From positions 17,282-81,281 of the forward strand of contig JAGQKV010000019.1 in assembly GCA_020429915.1 (NCBI GenBank): 64,000 nucleotides of DNA, given 5' to 3'. The stretch is from Candidatus Omnitrophota bacterium. Lineage in GTDB: Bacteria > Omnitrophota > Gorgyraeia > Zapsychrales > Zapsychraceae. The translations under genes were made by a program, and so were the position numbers. Every line of letters begins with the position of its first letter. The stretch's first letter is position 1. This document shows, in pieces, positions 1 to 8,978 of the stretch. The notes below the pieces were generated by a model. The model was not told where the DNA came from and did no database searches. It worked only from the letters and a program-made list of their open reading frames with translations.

Positions 1-154
1 CAGATTGAAATAACCTTTATCCGTTTTGGGCGGGAACAACTCAAAAGAATAGGTGTGACGCTTCTCGGGAAATAAGTCTCTGATTCTTTGCATAGAAATC
101 CGCGGGGGTTTCTGTTAAGATAGGGCAACTTTCTATTAGGCATTATCATAAGAC

Positions 155-1735
155 ATGACCGGGAATATTCAAGTGAAAAACGAATCCTTTGATTCCCCGG
201 CGATCGACGCCGCGGACTTTTCCGTGCCCGGCGGCCAATCCTTTCTGGAACGGTTGACCGCGCCGCGCCGGCCCGCCGTGACGGCCGGCACCGTGGTGAT
301 GGCCATGAGCCCGGGGGAGGTGCACGATATCGGCAAGACCGTGATCCAGTCCCTGTTCCGGGTCAGCGGCTACCGCGTGATCGATCTGGGGACCATCCCC
401 ACGGCTCAGGATCTCGCCAGGGCCGCCGCGGAACACCGTGCCGACATCGTGGGGGTCAGCTGCATGCTGACCTCATCTCTGACGCAGCTCAAGGAGATTG
501 CCCGCGCCCTGGAGGAGCAGGACCTCGACGTCAATCTCCTGGTGGGCGGTCCCGGGTTGAACCCCGTGATGACGGCCTGTCACATTGCCCCGTTTTATAC
601 CCGCGGAGTGACGGTGTACGTGAAGGATCTTTATCACTGTCAGGACGTGATCCGGCAGCTGTCCGATCCGCAGCGCCGGGCCGGCCTCAAGAAGTCTCTT
701 GAACTGGAATACACGGAAGTCCGTTCGCAATATCTGGGCAACCAATTCTCCAAGGAAGTGCTCTCCCTGCATGAAGCCCGTCAACGGCGCACGCCTGTCA
801 CCTGGAGCATGTTTGAGGCCATTCGGCCGAGTTTTCTGGGAAACTGGGTGATTGAATCCCTTGACCTGAAGGAGCTGACCGATTACATCGACTGGAGCAC
901 GCTCTTTCTCGGCTTCGCCTTAAAGGGAAAGTATCCGCAGATCTTCCGGGACCCGGCGATCGGGGACCGGGCGCGGACCGTGTACGACGACGCATGCGCC
1001 TTGCTCGACAGGATCGTCAAAGAAAAACGGCTTTCGCCGCGGGCGGTGATCGGATTTTATCCGGCGAACAGCGCCGGCGATGATATTGAGATTTACTCCG
1101 ACCGCGACGGTAAGTCGATGATCGGCGTACTGCACACCCTGCGCCAGCAGGCCCGGCACGATGAGGGCAAACCGTATTACGCGCTCGCCGACTTTATCGC
1201 GCCGCGGGAATCGGGGCGTACCGATTTTATCGGCGCCTTTGTAGTCAGTTGCGGCTTCGGGATCGAACAGCTTCAGGATGAATTTAAGGCGGCCGGCGAC
1301 GAATACCGGCTGATTATGGTCAAGGTCCTGGCCGATTGCCTGGCCGAGGCCCTGGCGGAGAAGCTCCACATGCGGGTCCGCAAGGAGTATTGGGGATATG
1401 CCCCGGACGAAGACCTGTCCGTGCAGGACATGTACCGCTGCCAATTTCAGGGGATCCGCCCGGCGCCGGGGTATCCGGCTTGTCCCGAGCACAGTCAGAA
1501 GGAATTTTTGTTTGAGCTGCTTGATGCACGCGCGAATCTCGGGATAGAGTTGACCCCGTCCTACGCGATGGCGCCGGCGGCCTCGGTGTGCGGATTTTAC
1601 TTCGCGCATCCGCAGGCGAAATATTTTTGGCTGGGCACGGTCGGCCGCGACCAGGTCGAAGACTATGCCCGGCGGACCGACATGGATATCCGTCAGGTCG
1701 AGGACCTGTTGCGGATGAATTTGAATTATGTTTAA
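155..1735 (+). CDS. Stand-alone methionine-synthase-like protein: cobalamin-binding (Rossmann B12) domain plus MetH AdoMet activation domain
   Basis: 526-aa ORF. The N-terminal half has a B12-binding-domain-like pattern (hydrophobic GVS...LL.GG stretch). The C-terminal ~300 aa resemble the MetH reactivation (AdoMet-binding) domain. An AT-rich upstream region and an in-frame stop precede the ATG, so this is not a truncated metH. Confidence 0.7.
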   Translation: MTGNIQVKNESFDSPAIDAADFSVPGGQSFLERLTAPRRPAVTAGTVVMAMSPGEVHDIGKTVIQSLFRVSGYRVIDLGTIPTAQDLARAAAEHRADIVGVSCMLTSSLTQLKEIARALEEQDLDVNLLVGGPGLNPVMTACHIAPFYTRGVTVYVKDLYHCQDVIRQLSDPQRRAGLKKSLELEYTEVRSQYLGNQFSKEVLSLHEARQRRTPVTWSMFEAIRPSFLGNWVIESLDLKELTDYIDWSTLFLGFALKGKYPQIFRDPAIGDRARTVYDDACALLDRIVKEKRLSPRAVIGFYPANSAGDDIEIYSDRDGKSMIGVLHTLRQQARHDEGKPYYALADFIAPRESGRTDFIGAFVVSCGFGIEQLQDEFKAAGDEYRLIMVKVLADCLAEALAEKLHMRVRKEYWGYAPDEDLSVQDMYRCQFQGIRPAPGYPACPEHSQKEFLFELLDARANLGIELTPSYAMAPAASVCGFYFAHPQAKYFWLGTVGRDQVEDYARRTDMDIRQVEDLLRMNLNYV

Positions 1736-1922
1736 GAAGTGATGATTGGTGTATGCGTGTATGAGTATATGCGTGTATGCGGTGTGCCCCCGTTGTTCCA
1801 TCGATGATAAGAGGTGCCTGTCAGAGTGGCAGCCCTGAAACCAACGGGCCAACCCCGCATAAGCGCCTACACGCATCGACGCATACACGGGATACGTTAT
1901 AAACAAGCAAGGAGATACGCCC

Positions 1923-2996
1923 ATGAATATCGCAATAGTCACCGGTTCCGGAGGCCTGATCGGCTCGGAGGCGGTTGAATTTTTCGCCGGCAAGGGGTTC
2001 ACCGTCGTCGGCATCGACAACGATATGCGCAAATATTTCTTCGGTGCCGAGGCCTCCACGGCCTGGAACAAGGACCGGCTCGCCGGGAAGCTGAGCAACT
2101 ATGTCCATCGCGACATCGACATCCGTGACCTGCAGGCGCTGGAGAAGGTTTTTAAGGAATACACCACGGACATCAAGGTCATCATTCACACCGCCGCGCA
2201 GCCGTCGCATGACTGGGCGGCCAAGGAACCGTTCACCGACTTCAGCGTCAACGCCAACGGCACGCTTAATCTGTTGGAGCTGACCCGCCGCCACTGTCCG
2301 GACGCTGTCTTTGAGTTCTGCAGCACCAACAAGGTCTACGGCGACACGCCCAACTTTTTGCCGCTGCAGGAGCTCGATACCCGCTGGGAAATCGAGCAGA
2401 GCCACCCGTACTATCCGGGCATCGATGAGACCATGAGCATTGATCAGTGCAAACATTCCCTGTTCGGCGCGTCCAAGGCGGCCGCGGATATTCTGGTCCA
2501 GGAGTACGGCCGTTACTTCAACATCAAGTCGTGTATTTTCCGCGGCGGCTGTCTCACCGGCCCGAATCATTCCGGCGCCCAGCTGCACGGCTTTTTGGCG
2601 TACCTGATGAAGTGCTGCGTCACCGGCGACAAGTACACCGTCTTCGGTTACAAGGGCAAACAGGTCCGTGACAATATTCACAGCTACGACTTCATCAATG
2701 CCTTTTGGCATTTCTACGAGAATCCGCGCGTGGCCGAGGTGTACAACATGGGCGGGGGACGGGGCAACAGCTGCTCGGTCCTGGAGGCGATCGCGGACTG
2801 CGAAAAGATCTCGGGTAAGACCATGAACTACGACATCAGTGAAGAAAACCGCATCGGCGATCATATCTGGTACATCAGCCATCTCGGCAAGTTCCAGAAG
2901 CACTATCCACAGTGGAATCAGCAATTCTCGCTTAAGGATACCTTGCAACAGATCCACGATAACAACGTGGAGCGCTGGGCGAAAAGCAGCGTATAG
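1923..2996 (+). CDS. NAD-dependent sugar epimerase/dehydratase (SDR), CDP-paratose 2-epimerase-like
   Basis: N-terminal TGxxGxxG Rossmann motif ([12 protein letters not shown]), catalytic YxxxK region, length 357 aa. RBS AAGGAG 8 nt upstream. Confidence 0.8.
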   Translation: MNIAIVTGSGGLIGSEAVEFFAGKGFTVVGIDNDMRKYFFGAEASTAWNKDRLAGKLSNYVHRDIDIRDLQALEKVFKEYTTDIKVIIHTAAQPSHDWAAKEPFTDFSVNANGTLNLLELTRRHCPDAVFEFCSTNKVYGDTPNFLPLQELDTRWEIEQSHPYYPGIDETMSIDQCKHSLFGASKAAADILVQEYGRYFNIKSCIFRGGCLTGPNHSGAQLHGFLAYLMKCCVTGDKYTVFGYKGKQVRDNIHSYDFINAFWHFYENPRVAEVYNMGGGRGNSCSVLEAIADCEKISGKTMNYDISEENRIGDHIWYISHLGKFQKHYPQWNQQFSLKDTLQQIHDNNVERWAKSSV

Positions 2997-3210
2997 CGGT
3001 GAGCGGATAGAGAACAGACAGTGGATAGCGGTTAGACGTTAGTGGGATCAGAGATTAGGGATGGAGTGGAAGCTCAGTGCTGTGCACTAATCCCGGGTAA
3101 GCGCTTCCTGGACACTGGCCGCTAAACGCTATTCGCCGAACGCTGCTCTTAAATCCGCTTGACAAATCGGGACATTCGTTTAAGCTGTCTCACAGAAGGA
3201 GATTCGTTCC

Positions 3211-3711
3211 ATGTTAGCATTTTTGCTGATCGCGCTGGGCATCCTGTCCCGGTTTTTGGTCCATTTCAACAACTTCACCCCGATCTTGGCGATCGCGCTG
3301 TTCGCCGGATTTTATCTGTCCAAACGCAACGCTCTCATCGTGCCGTTGGCGATGATGGTGATCTCCGACGCCTTTGTCGGGTTTCACGCCATGGTCGCCT
3401 TTACGTGGGGGAGTATCCTTTTGATCGCGTTGATCGGTAACAAGTTCAAAGACGACAAGTCGTTTAAGACCGTGGGATTGTCCGGCTTGGGCGGCGCGGT
3501 CCTGTTTTATCTGATCACCAATTTCGGTGTCTGGCTCTTCTACAATACCTATCCGAAGAGCCCGGCCGGTTTGGTGCAATGTTACATCGCGGCGATCCCC
3601 TATTTCCGGGGAACGCTGCTCAGTACGGTGATTTACACAGCGGTGCTTTTCGGCGGCTATGAATACCTGGCCGCGCGGCTGAAGCAGACCCGCTTTGCTC
3701 ATTTAGTTTAG
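3211..3711 (+). CDS. Small polytopic membrane protein (DUF6580 / ECF S-component-like), function unknown
   Basis: 166 aa with 5-6 predicted hydrophobic helices. RBS GAAGGAG upstream. Lies in the cobalamin-related neighbourhood just before the riboswitch and TonB receptor. Confidence 0.55.
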   Translation: MLAFLLIALGILSRFLVHFNNFTPILAIALFAGFYLSKRNALIVPLAMMVISDAFVGFHAMVAFTWGSILLIALIGNKFKDDKSFKTVGLSGLGGAVLFYLITNFGVWLFYNTYPKSPAGLVQCYIAAIPYFRGTLLSTVIYTAVLFGGYEYLAARLKQTRFAHLV

Positions 3712-3714
3712 TCA

Positions 3715-3870
3715 AACAACCTGTCGTGGGGGGAAACGCCGGTGAGAGACCGGGGCAGTCCCGCTACTGTTTTGGGATCGTCAAAACGACGATCCCTTTA
3801 GCCAGAAAGCCTTCATGACAGATAGTGACGGAGCTGCGAGAGACAGCTGCCGCGCGCATAGAGTGTGGAA
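3715..3870 (+). promoter_or_regulatory. Candidate cobalamin (AdoCbl) riboswitch in the 5' leader of the TonB-dependent receptor gene
   Basis: Read from the sequence: GGGGAAACGCCGGTGAGAGACCGGGGCAGTCCCGCTACTGT matches the conserved cobalamin-riboswitch core (GGGAA..GGTG.AA..CC...GC.G..CCCGC.ACTGT). This is followed by a perfect 9-bp hairpin GGGATCGTC-aaaac-GACGATCCC and a B12-box-like AGCCAGAAAGCC. It sits ~200 nt upstream of a BtuB-like receptor. Confidence 0.55.
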
Positions 3871-4063
3871 AAGTACGACGGGTGCATCCTCACTGGACAA
3901 ATTGTCCGGTGGGGATTTTTTTTACCCGCCTTCTCCCGACTGTTGTCAGGACTGACGGTCAGAAGAAGGCGGGTAGATAACCCTGCGAAGCTCCTCAAAA
4001 ATAATTCAGGAGCGAAGCAGGGTCAAGGCCATTCGTCCCCCAAAAACAACCCAAAAGGACCCC

Positions 4064-6079
4064 ATGAAAAGAATTCTAGTATTAACCCTCATCACACTCT
4101 GGGCCGTCCCGGCCCGTGCCGAATTAATCTTCGAACATGACACCGTGGTCGTGACCGCCGACCGCTATGACCGGGAGGCCGGCCGGCGGGGAAGTTATGT
4201 CACCGTCATCAATGAAGAACAGATCGACGCCTCCACGGCGCGGACCGTTCCCGAGATCCTGGAACAGGCCGAAGGTGTGTTTGTTTCCGACAACAGCACC
4301 GCGCGCACCAGCACCGTCGACATCCGCGGGTTCGGCGACACCGCCGGGCGCAACGTGCTGGTGCTGGTCGACGGTCGCCGGCTGAACGTCATCGACAGCG
4401 GTTCCGCCGATTTGGTGCAGATCCCGGTGAGCGGGATCGAACGTATCGAGGTCATCCGCGGCAGCGGTTCGATTTTGTACGGAGACAATGCCACCGGCGG
4501 GGTGGTCAACATCATCACCAAGAAGGGCGAGGAAGGACTGCACGGGGAGGCCTCCGCGTATTACGGCAGCTATGATTCCTTCGGTCAGGATTTCCAGGTC
4601 AACGGGGCGCAGAACGGTCTGTCGTTTTTCTTCAACGCGCATCATTTCGACAAGCGCGGTTACCGCCAGCAGTCCGATGAGTTCTACAAAAACTTCAACG
4701 GCCGGCTCGATTTCGAACCCAACGCGGCGGTGAAGGCCGGTATCCAGTACGGATTCTACGAAGATTCCTATGAACTGCCGGGCGGCCTGAATGAGGCCGA
4801 ACTGGAAACTTACGGCCGGCGCGGGGTTGCCTCCAGCGAGTATGGTAACATCGCCGACACCGAGGACCAGTATCTCAAGGCGTACCTGGAGATCGATCCG
4901 TTCGCCTTTGAGGAGGCTTACTTCGGACGTATCGTCATCGACGGGACATGGCGCGACCGCGAGCTGTTTGATACGTTCGATGCCTTCAACCTGGATACCG
5001 AACGCGAGGTGAAGACCGAGGCCTTCACGGTGAAATATATTTTCGACGGCGAACTCGCCGACCGCGAGGTCGATTTCCTGTTGGGGCTCGACAAGTCGCG
5101 CAGTTCCAGTTTCATCAACAGCACCAGTCCGTTCAGCGACGAGCGGTTGACTATCTCCAAGGATGAGTACGGCGTATTTGCCAACCTGGATCTGGAGGTG
5201 CTGGACCGCTGGTATGTCACCGCCGGCCACCGTCATCATGAGGCGGAGTATACCTTCGACCAACGCCTGCCCGGACCGAGTTTCACCCAGCAGGAACCGG
5301 ATGTTTCGGTCACCTCGGCCGGCCTGCGCTATGAGTACGCCGAGGACAGCAATGTCTTCTTCAAGTTCGAGCAGTCGTTTCGCTTCCTGACGCCCAACGA
5401 ATGGTACAACTCCTTCAGCCAGTCGTTGGACACCGATCTTGATCAACAAAAAGGCCATTTGTTCCAGGCCGGCCTCCGGCACAGTATCGACGACATGGCC
5501 CTGCTGACCGTGACCCCGTATTGGATGGAGACGGAGAAGGAGATCTTTTACGATCCGACCATCGGGAGTTTCGGAGCGAACAGCAACTACGACGAGATCC
5601 GCCGCGTCGGCGTCGAGCTGGGAGCGCGGTTCGACCTGCTGGGGCTCCTGAGCAGCCGGGATGTGCCGCAACAGCTCGACTGGTTGGAGTACTTCATGAA
5701 CTATACGTATCAAAACCCCGAGTTCACCGACGGGTCTTTTGACGGACATACCGTCCCGTGGGTGCCCGAACACCAAGCCAATATGGGACTGACCGCACGG
5801 TTGTTCCGGCACTACCGCGTATCATTGATCGGCCGATTTGTCGGCAGCCGGTATGTGATCAATGATCAGGCGAACACCTTACCCAAGGCGAAGAGCTATG
5901 CGGTGGCCGACCTCAAGTTGTCCTATGAACAGGATCACATCGAAGTGTTTGCCTCCGTGAACAACCTGTTTGACAAAAAGTACAACACGTACGAAGCGAC
6001 CAACACCTTGCAAACTGTCCGCGACGTCTTCCCGGCGGCGGAGAAGAACTTTATTGCGGGAATGGTGTTTAAGTTCTAG
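4064..6079 (+). CDS. TonB-dependent outer-membrane receptor (BtuB/vitamin B12-type)
   Basis: Signal peptide (MKRILVLTLITLWAVPARA), TonB box-like DTVVVTA, plug domain motifs (IRG..., VLVDGRRL), and a C-terminal beta-barrel ending in an aromatic residue (..MVFKF). 671 aa. Confidence 0.85.
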   Translation: MKRILVLTLITLWAVPARAELIFEHDTVVVTADRYDREAGRRGSYVTVINEEQIDASTARTVPEILEQAEGVFVSDNSTARTSTVDIRGFGDTAGRNVLVLVDGRRLNVIDSGSADLVQIPVSGIERIEVIRGSGSILYGDNATGGVVNIITKKGEEGLHGEASAYYGSYDSFGQDFQVNGAQNGLSFFFNAHHFDKRGYRQQSDEFYKNFNGRLDFEPNAAVKAGIQYGFYEDSYELPGGLNEAELETYGRRGVASSEYGNIADTEDQYLKAYLEIDPFAFEEAYFGRIVIDGTWRDRELFDTFDAFNLDTEREVKTEAFTVKYIFDGELADREVDFLLGLDKSRSSSFINSTSPFSDERLTISKDEYGVFANLDLEVLDRWYVTAGHRHHEAEYTFDQRLPGPSFTQQEPDVSVTSAGLRYEYAEDSNVFFKFEQSFRFLTPNEWYNSFSQSLDTDLDQQKGHLFQAGLRHSIDDMALLTVTPYWMETEKEIFYDPTIGSFGANSNYDEIRRVGVELGARFDLLGLLSSRDVPQQLDWLEYFMNYTYQNPEFTDGSFDGHTVPWVPEHQANMGLTARLFRHYRVSLIGRFVGSRYVINDQANTLPKAKSYAVADLKLSYEQDHIEVFASVNNLFDKKYNTYEATNTLQTVRDVFPAAEKNFIAGMVFKF

Positions 6080-6260
6080 CGGATTTCAGCGGACAGCGTT
6101 CAGCGGTGAGCGGCGAGGGTTCAAGCGGCGCCATTTGGGAATAGCAGGCAGAGATGAGAGTCCAAGCAAGGACATCCATTCCGCAACTGTTCGCTGACCC
6201 CTTATCCCTTTCTGGTCTCCAGCCGCTGACCGCTGACCGCTGGAAATACGCCGTTATCTT

Positions 6261-6431
6261 ATGGAAAACCTTCCGCTTATCCCAGGCCAGGACTATCTCA
6301 TCGACCCGCAGGGCCGGTTTGTGTTTACGCGGGAATACCTGCTGCGGCGCGGGTTTTGCTGCGAGAGCGGTTGCCGGAACTGTCCGTACGAGAGGGAGCA
6401 GCAGGATATGGGTGAATCAAAAATACCATAG
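6261..6431 (+). CDS. Small cysteine-rich protein (56 aa, CCxSGCxNCPY motif; DUF5522-like) missed by the ORF track because it is under 60 aa
   Basis: ATG at 6261, stop TAG at 6429-6431. Translation: MENLPLIPGQDYLIDPQGRFVFTREYLLRRGFCCESGCRNCPYEREQQDMGESKIP. High third-position GC, consistent with a real gene. The overlapping 112-aa track ORF in another frame has junk composition. Confidence 0.45.
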   Translation: MENLPLIPGQDYLIDPQGRFVFTREYLLRRGFCCESGCRNCPYEREQQDMGESKIP

Positions 6432-6448
6432 CAGAGTGTCAGGCAGAA

Positions 6449-6477
6449 TTGACAAACCAAATCAATTAAGCTGTAAT
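6449..6477 (+). promoter_or_regulatory. sigma70-like promoter (TTGACA-N17-TGTAAT) upstream of the PP-loop ATPase gene
   Basis: TTGACA at 6449-6454, 17-nt spacer, TGTAAT at 6472-6477, about 45 nt before the ATG at 6524. Confidence 0.4.
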
Positions 6478-6523
6478 ACAGTTATTGAATGAATGTCGAT
6501 AATCTTATACGGGTTGATAACGC

Positions 6524-7258
6524 ATGAATTCCAATGCCGTCTTTCACTGGAGCGGGGGCAAGGATTCGGCCCTGGCCTTGCGACATATCAGCCAGGCCCG
6601 CTCCCATTCCATTAAATACTTGCTGACCAGCGTCAATCCGGAGTATCAGCGCGTGTCGATGCACGGTGTCCGCGTGGAACTCCTGAAGCGTCAAGCCGCG
6701 GCGGTCGGTATCCCGCTGCGCATCCTGGAGGTCCCGCCGGCGCCGACGATGGAGGTCTACAATGCGGCGATGCGCGCGATGCTGGGGCGTTTCGTCCGGG
6801 AAGACGGGATCGGTTGTTCGATCTTCGGCGATATCTTTCTCGAAGACCTGCGCGATTACCGCCTGGGAGAACTGGCCAAGGTCCCGATGACCGGAGTTTT
6901 TCCGATTTGGCAGCGTCCGACGCAAGAGTTGATGGCCGAATTTATCGCCGCCGGATTCAAGGCGGTAACGGTGTGCGTGAATGACCGCGTGCTGGACGAG
7001 AGTTTTGTGGGGAGGGAGATCGACGCGGCCTTTGTGGCCGATTTGCCGGCCGGCGTTGACCCGTGCGGGGAGAACGGCGAGTTCCATACCTTTGTTTATG
7101 ACGGCCCCATCTTCCGCGAACCGGTTCCGGTACAAGTCGGAGAAAAAGTCCACCGACACTATCAGCCGGCGGCCGCGGACACGGATGGAGTTGACGGGTG
7201 CGACCGGACTGAGGTTGACAACGGATTTTGGTATTGTGATTTACTCCCAATGGAGTAG
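6524..7258 (+). CDS. PP-loop ATP pyrophosphatase, Dph6 / MJ0570-family (diphthine-ammonia ligase-like)
   Basis: N-terminal PP-loop SGGKDS (HWSGGKDSALAL); 244 aa, typical of the MJ0570/Dph6-related family. Confidence 0.65.
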   Translation: MNSNAVFHWSGGKDSALALRHISQARSHSIKYLLTSVNPEYQRVSMHGVRVELLKRQAAAVGIPLRILEVPPAPTMEVYNAAMRAMLGRFVREDGIGCSIFGDIFLEDLRDYRLGELAKVPMTGVFPIWQRPTQELMAEFIAAGFKAVTVCVNDRVLDESFVGREIDAAFVADLPAGVDPCGENGEFHTFVYDGPIFREPVPVQVGEKVHRHYQPAAADTDGVDGCDRTEVDNGFWYCDLLPME

Positions 7259-7270
7259 AATAGTCAGATT

Positions 7271-8188
7271 ATGAGAATCGTATCTTTAATCGCCAGCGCT
7301 ACGGAAATCATCTGCGCGCTGGGTTTTCAGGATAATTTGGTCGGCCGGTCGCATGAATGCGATTTTCCCGCCGGGATCGAAAGTCTGCCCGCGTTGAGCT
7401 CGCCGAAGATCGACGTCCATGGGACCAGCGCGGAGATCGACCGTCGGGTGAAGGACGTCGTTCGGGAGGGGTTGTCGGTATATGATATCGATGCGGACCT
7501 CCTGAAGGCGCTGAAACCCGACGTCATCGTCACCCAGGACCAGTGCGAGGTCTGCGCGGTCAGCCTCCATGACGTGGAGGAAGCGGTGGCCGAGTGGACG
7601 GGCAGCCGGCCGGTGATCGTCTCTCTGAAGCCTGAATCCATGCACGATGTCTGGCAGGACATCCGCCGCGTGTCAGACGCGCTGCGCTGCCGGGAGCGGG
7701 CCGAGGCCTTGATCCTGGAGATTCAGAAAGAGATGGAAGAGATCTCCGCCGAGTGCGAAGGGCTTGTCCCGCCTTTAAACGTCGCCTGTATCGAATGGGT
7801 CGATCCGCTGATGGCCGCCGGCAACTGGGTGCCGGAGATGGTTCACCTGTTACACGCACGTTGCGCCTTCGGCGCGCCGGGGGAACATTCGAAGTACATC
7901 ACCTGGGAAGATATTGTCAAGAAAGACCCCAACGTGATCATCACCATGCCCTGCGGATACGATATGGACCGCACCCGCCAGGATATTCCCCTCTTGACCG
8001 GCAAGCCGGGGTGGGCGGATCTGAAGGCCGTGCGCCACGGCCGGGTTTATGTCACTGACGGCGACCAATACTTCAACCGTCCGGGCCCCCGCCTGCGCGA
8101 ATCCCTCCAGATGATGGCCGAAATGTGCTACCCCGGCCGCTTTTCCTTCGGATTTGAGGGGAAGGGGTGGCAGAAGCTGGGAGGCTGA
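7271..8188 (+). CDS. BtuF/FecB-like ABC-transporter substrate-binding protein (cobalamin/siderophore class, TroA fold); no obvious signal peptide
   Basis: Pattern RIVSL..S.TEI.CALG....LVG.SHECDFP matches the N-terminus of mature BtuF-type binding proteins; 305 aa. Adjacent to a BtuB-like receptor and a B12 riboswitch. Confidence 0.65.
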   Translation: MRIVSLIASATEIICALGFQDNLVGRSHECDFPAGIESLPALSSPKIDVHGTSAEIDRRVKDVVREGLSVYDIDADLLKALKPDVIVTQDQCEVCAVSLHDVEEAVAEWTGSRPVIVSLKPESMHDVWQDIRRVSDALRCRERAEALILEIQKEMEEISAECEGLVPPLNVACIEWVDPLMAAGNWVPEMVHLLHARCAFGAPGEHSKYITWEDIVKKDPNVIITMPCGYDMDRTRQDIPLLTGKPGWADLKAVRHGRVYVTDGDQYFNRPGPRLRESLQMMAEMCYPGRFSFGFEGKGWQKLGG

Positions 8189-8328
8189 TCCTCCGTCCCC
8201 GGTACGCGTATCTTACCTTACTGTTCAAAAATTGTACATACCTTGTGCCTAATCTTTAGGCAAATTGTAAGCATACTAACTGCAACATATTACATCAATT
8301 TACCAATCCGTATTCGCTGCCTTTTATC

Positions 8329-8372
8329 TTGACAGAAAACCCCGCTTCTCTATAATTGTAGTTGTTCAACAA
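8329..8372 (+). promoter_or_regulatory. Consensus sigma70 promoter (TTGACA-N16-TATAAT) with a downstream palindrome TTGTTcAACAA at the predicted transcription start
   Basis: TTGACA at 8329-8334, TATAAT at 8351-8356, perfect palindrome TTGTT-C-AACAA at 8362-8372 containing GTTCAAC. Sits in a ~230-nt AT-rich gap at the start of the glycan island. Confidence 0.45.
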
Positions 8373-8421
8373 ATGAACGAAATCCCCCGGAAACTTCAAA
8401 ATTCTTCAATTCGAGGCCCTT

Positions 8422-8961
8422 TTGGACGAACGCGAATTTGAGCTGATCAACATCCTCGGCAAGCAGCTGGGGTCCAATCAGCGGGACCTGTCCCGGCAGA
8501 TGGACCTGTCTTTGGGCATGGTGAATATGCTCATTCGGCGGCTGATTTCCAAGGGCTATATCCGCATGGACCGGCTGAACAAGCGCAATGTGCGCTATAT
8601 CCTCACTCCCAAGGGGATCACCGAGAAACTCAGGAAATCCATCAAATACACCGTAAACACCATTAACTCATTCGGATTGATCAAAGGTAACGTGAAAGAC
8701 TTGATCATTCGTCTGTACAACGAGGGGCATCGTGTTTTCTATCTGTTTTGTGAACCGGACCTGCTCGTTTTGGTTGAGAGCGCCGTTAAGGATGCAGACT
8801 TGTCCGGAATTAAGGTGATTGTCCTGCACGACCTGTCTGTTCGAATGGAAGAAGGGATCTTGTTAACGGGATATGAAAATATAGACGTGAGCGGATTTGA
8901 TAAGAACCGGCATGTCGATCTGCTGTTCGAAATTGCAAAGACCGATGTAACCAAACTTTAG
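8422..8961 (+). CDS. Winged-helix (MarR/ArsR-like) transcriptional regulator, first gene of the glycan island
   Basis: N-terminal wHTH-like segment ([40 protein letters not shown]). TTG start in the track; 179 aa; lower GC than the upstream region. Confidence 0.55.
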   Translation: MDEREFELINILGKQLGSNQRDLSRQMDLSLGMVNMLIRRLISKGYIRMDRLNKRNVRYILTPKGITEKLRKSIKYTVNTINSFGLIKGNVKDLIIRLYNEGHRVFYLFCEPDLLVLVESAVKDADLSGIKVIVLHDLSVRMEEGILLTGYENIDVSGFDKNRHVDLLFEIAKTDVTKL

Positions 8962-8978
8962 TTAACAAAGGCGAATAT

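Noticed and set aside
920-2098. Long minus-strand ORFs in the track (e.g. 920-2098, 1821-2957, 4124-5812, 18347-19642, 40526-41542, 55252-56415)
   Set aside because: Each lies antisense to a + strand gene with clear family motifs. Their translations are R/P/G/A-rich low-complexity sequence, typical of the open antisense frames that arise in high-GC DNA. None has an RBS-like context.
3060-3210. Possible second cobalamin riboswitch upstream of the 3211 membrane-protein gene
   Set aside because: Only a loose GACACTGGCC resemblance to the B12 box. It has no GGTG...CCCGC.ACTGT core. A weak TTGACA-N16-TAAGCT promoter-like element is all that is visible.
6154-6492. 112-aa track ORF in the receptor-Dph6 intergenic region
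   Set aside because: The composition is junk-like and overlaps repeat-rich intergenic DNA. The Cys-rich 56-aa ORF in a different frame is the more convincing gene.
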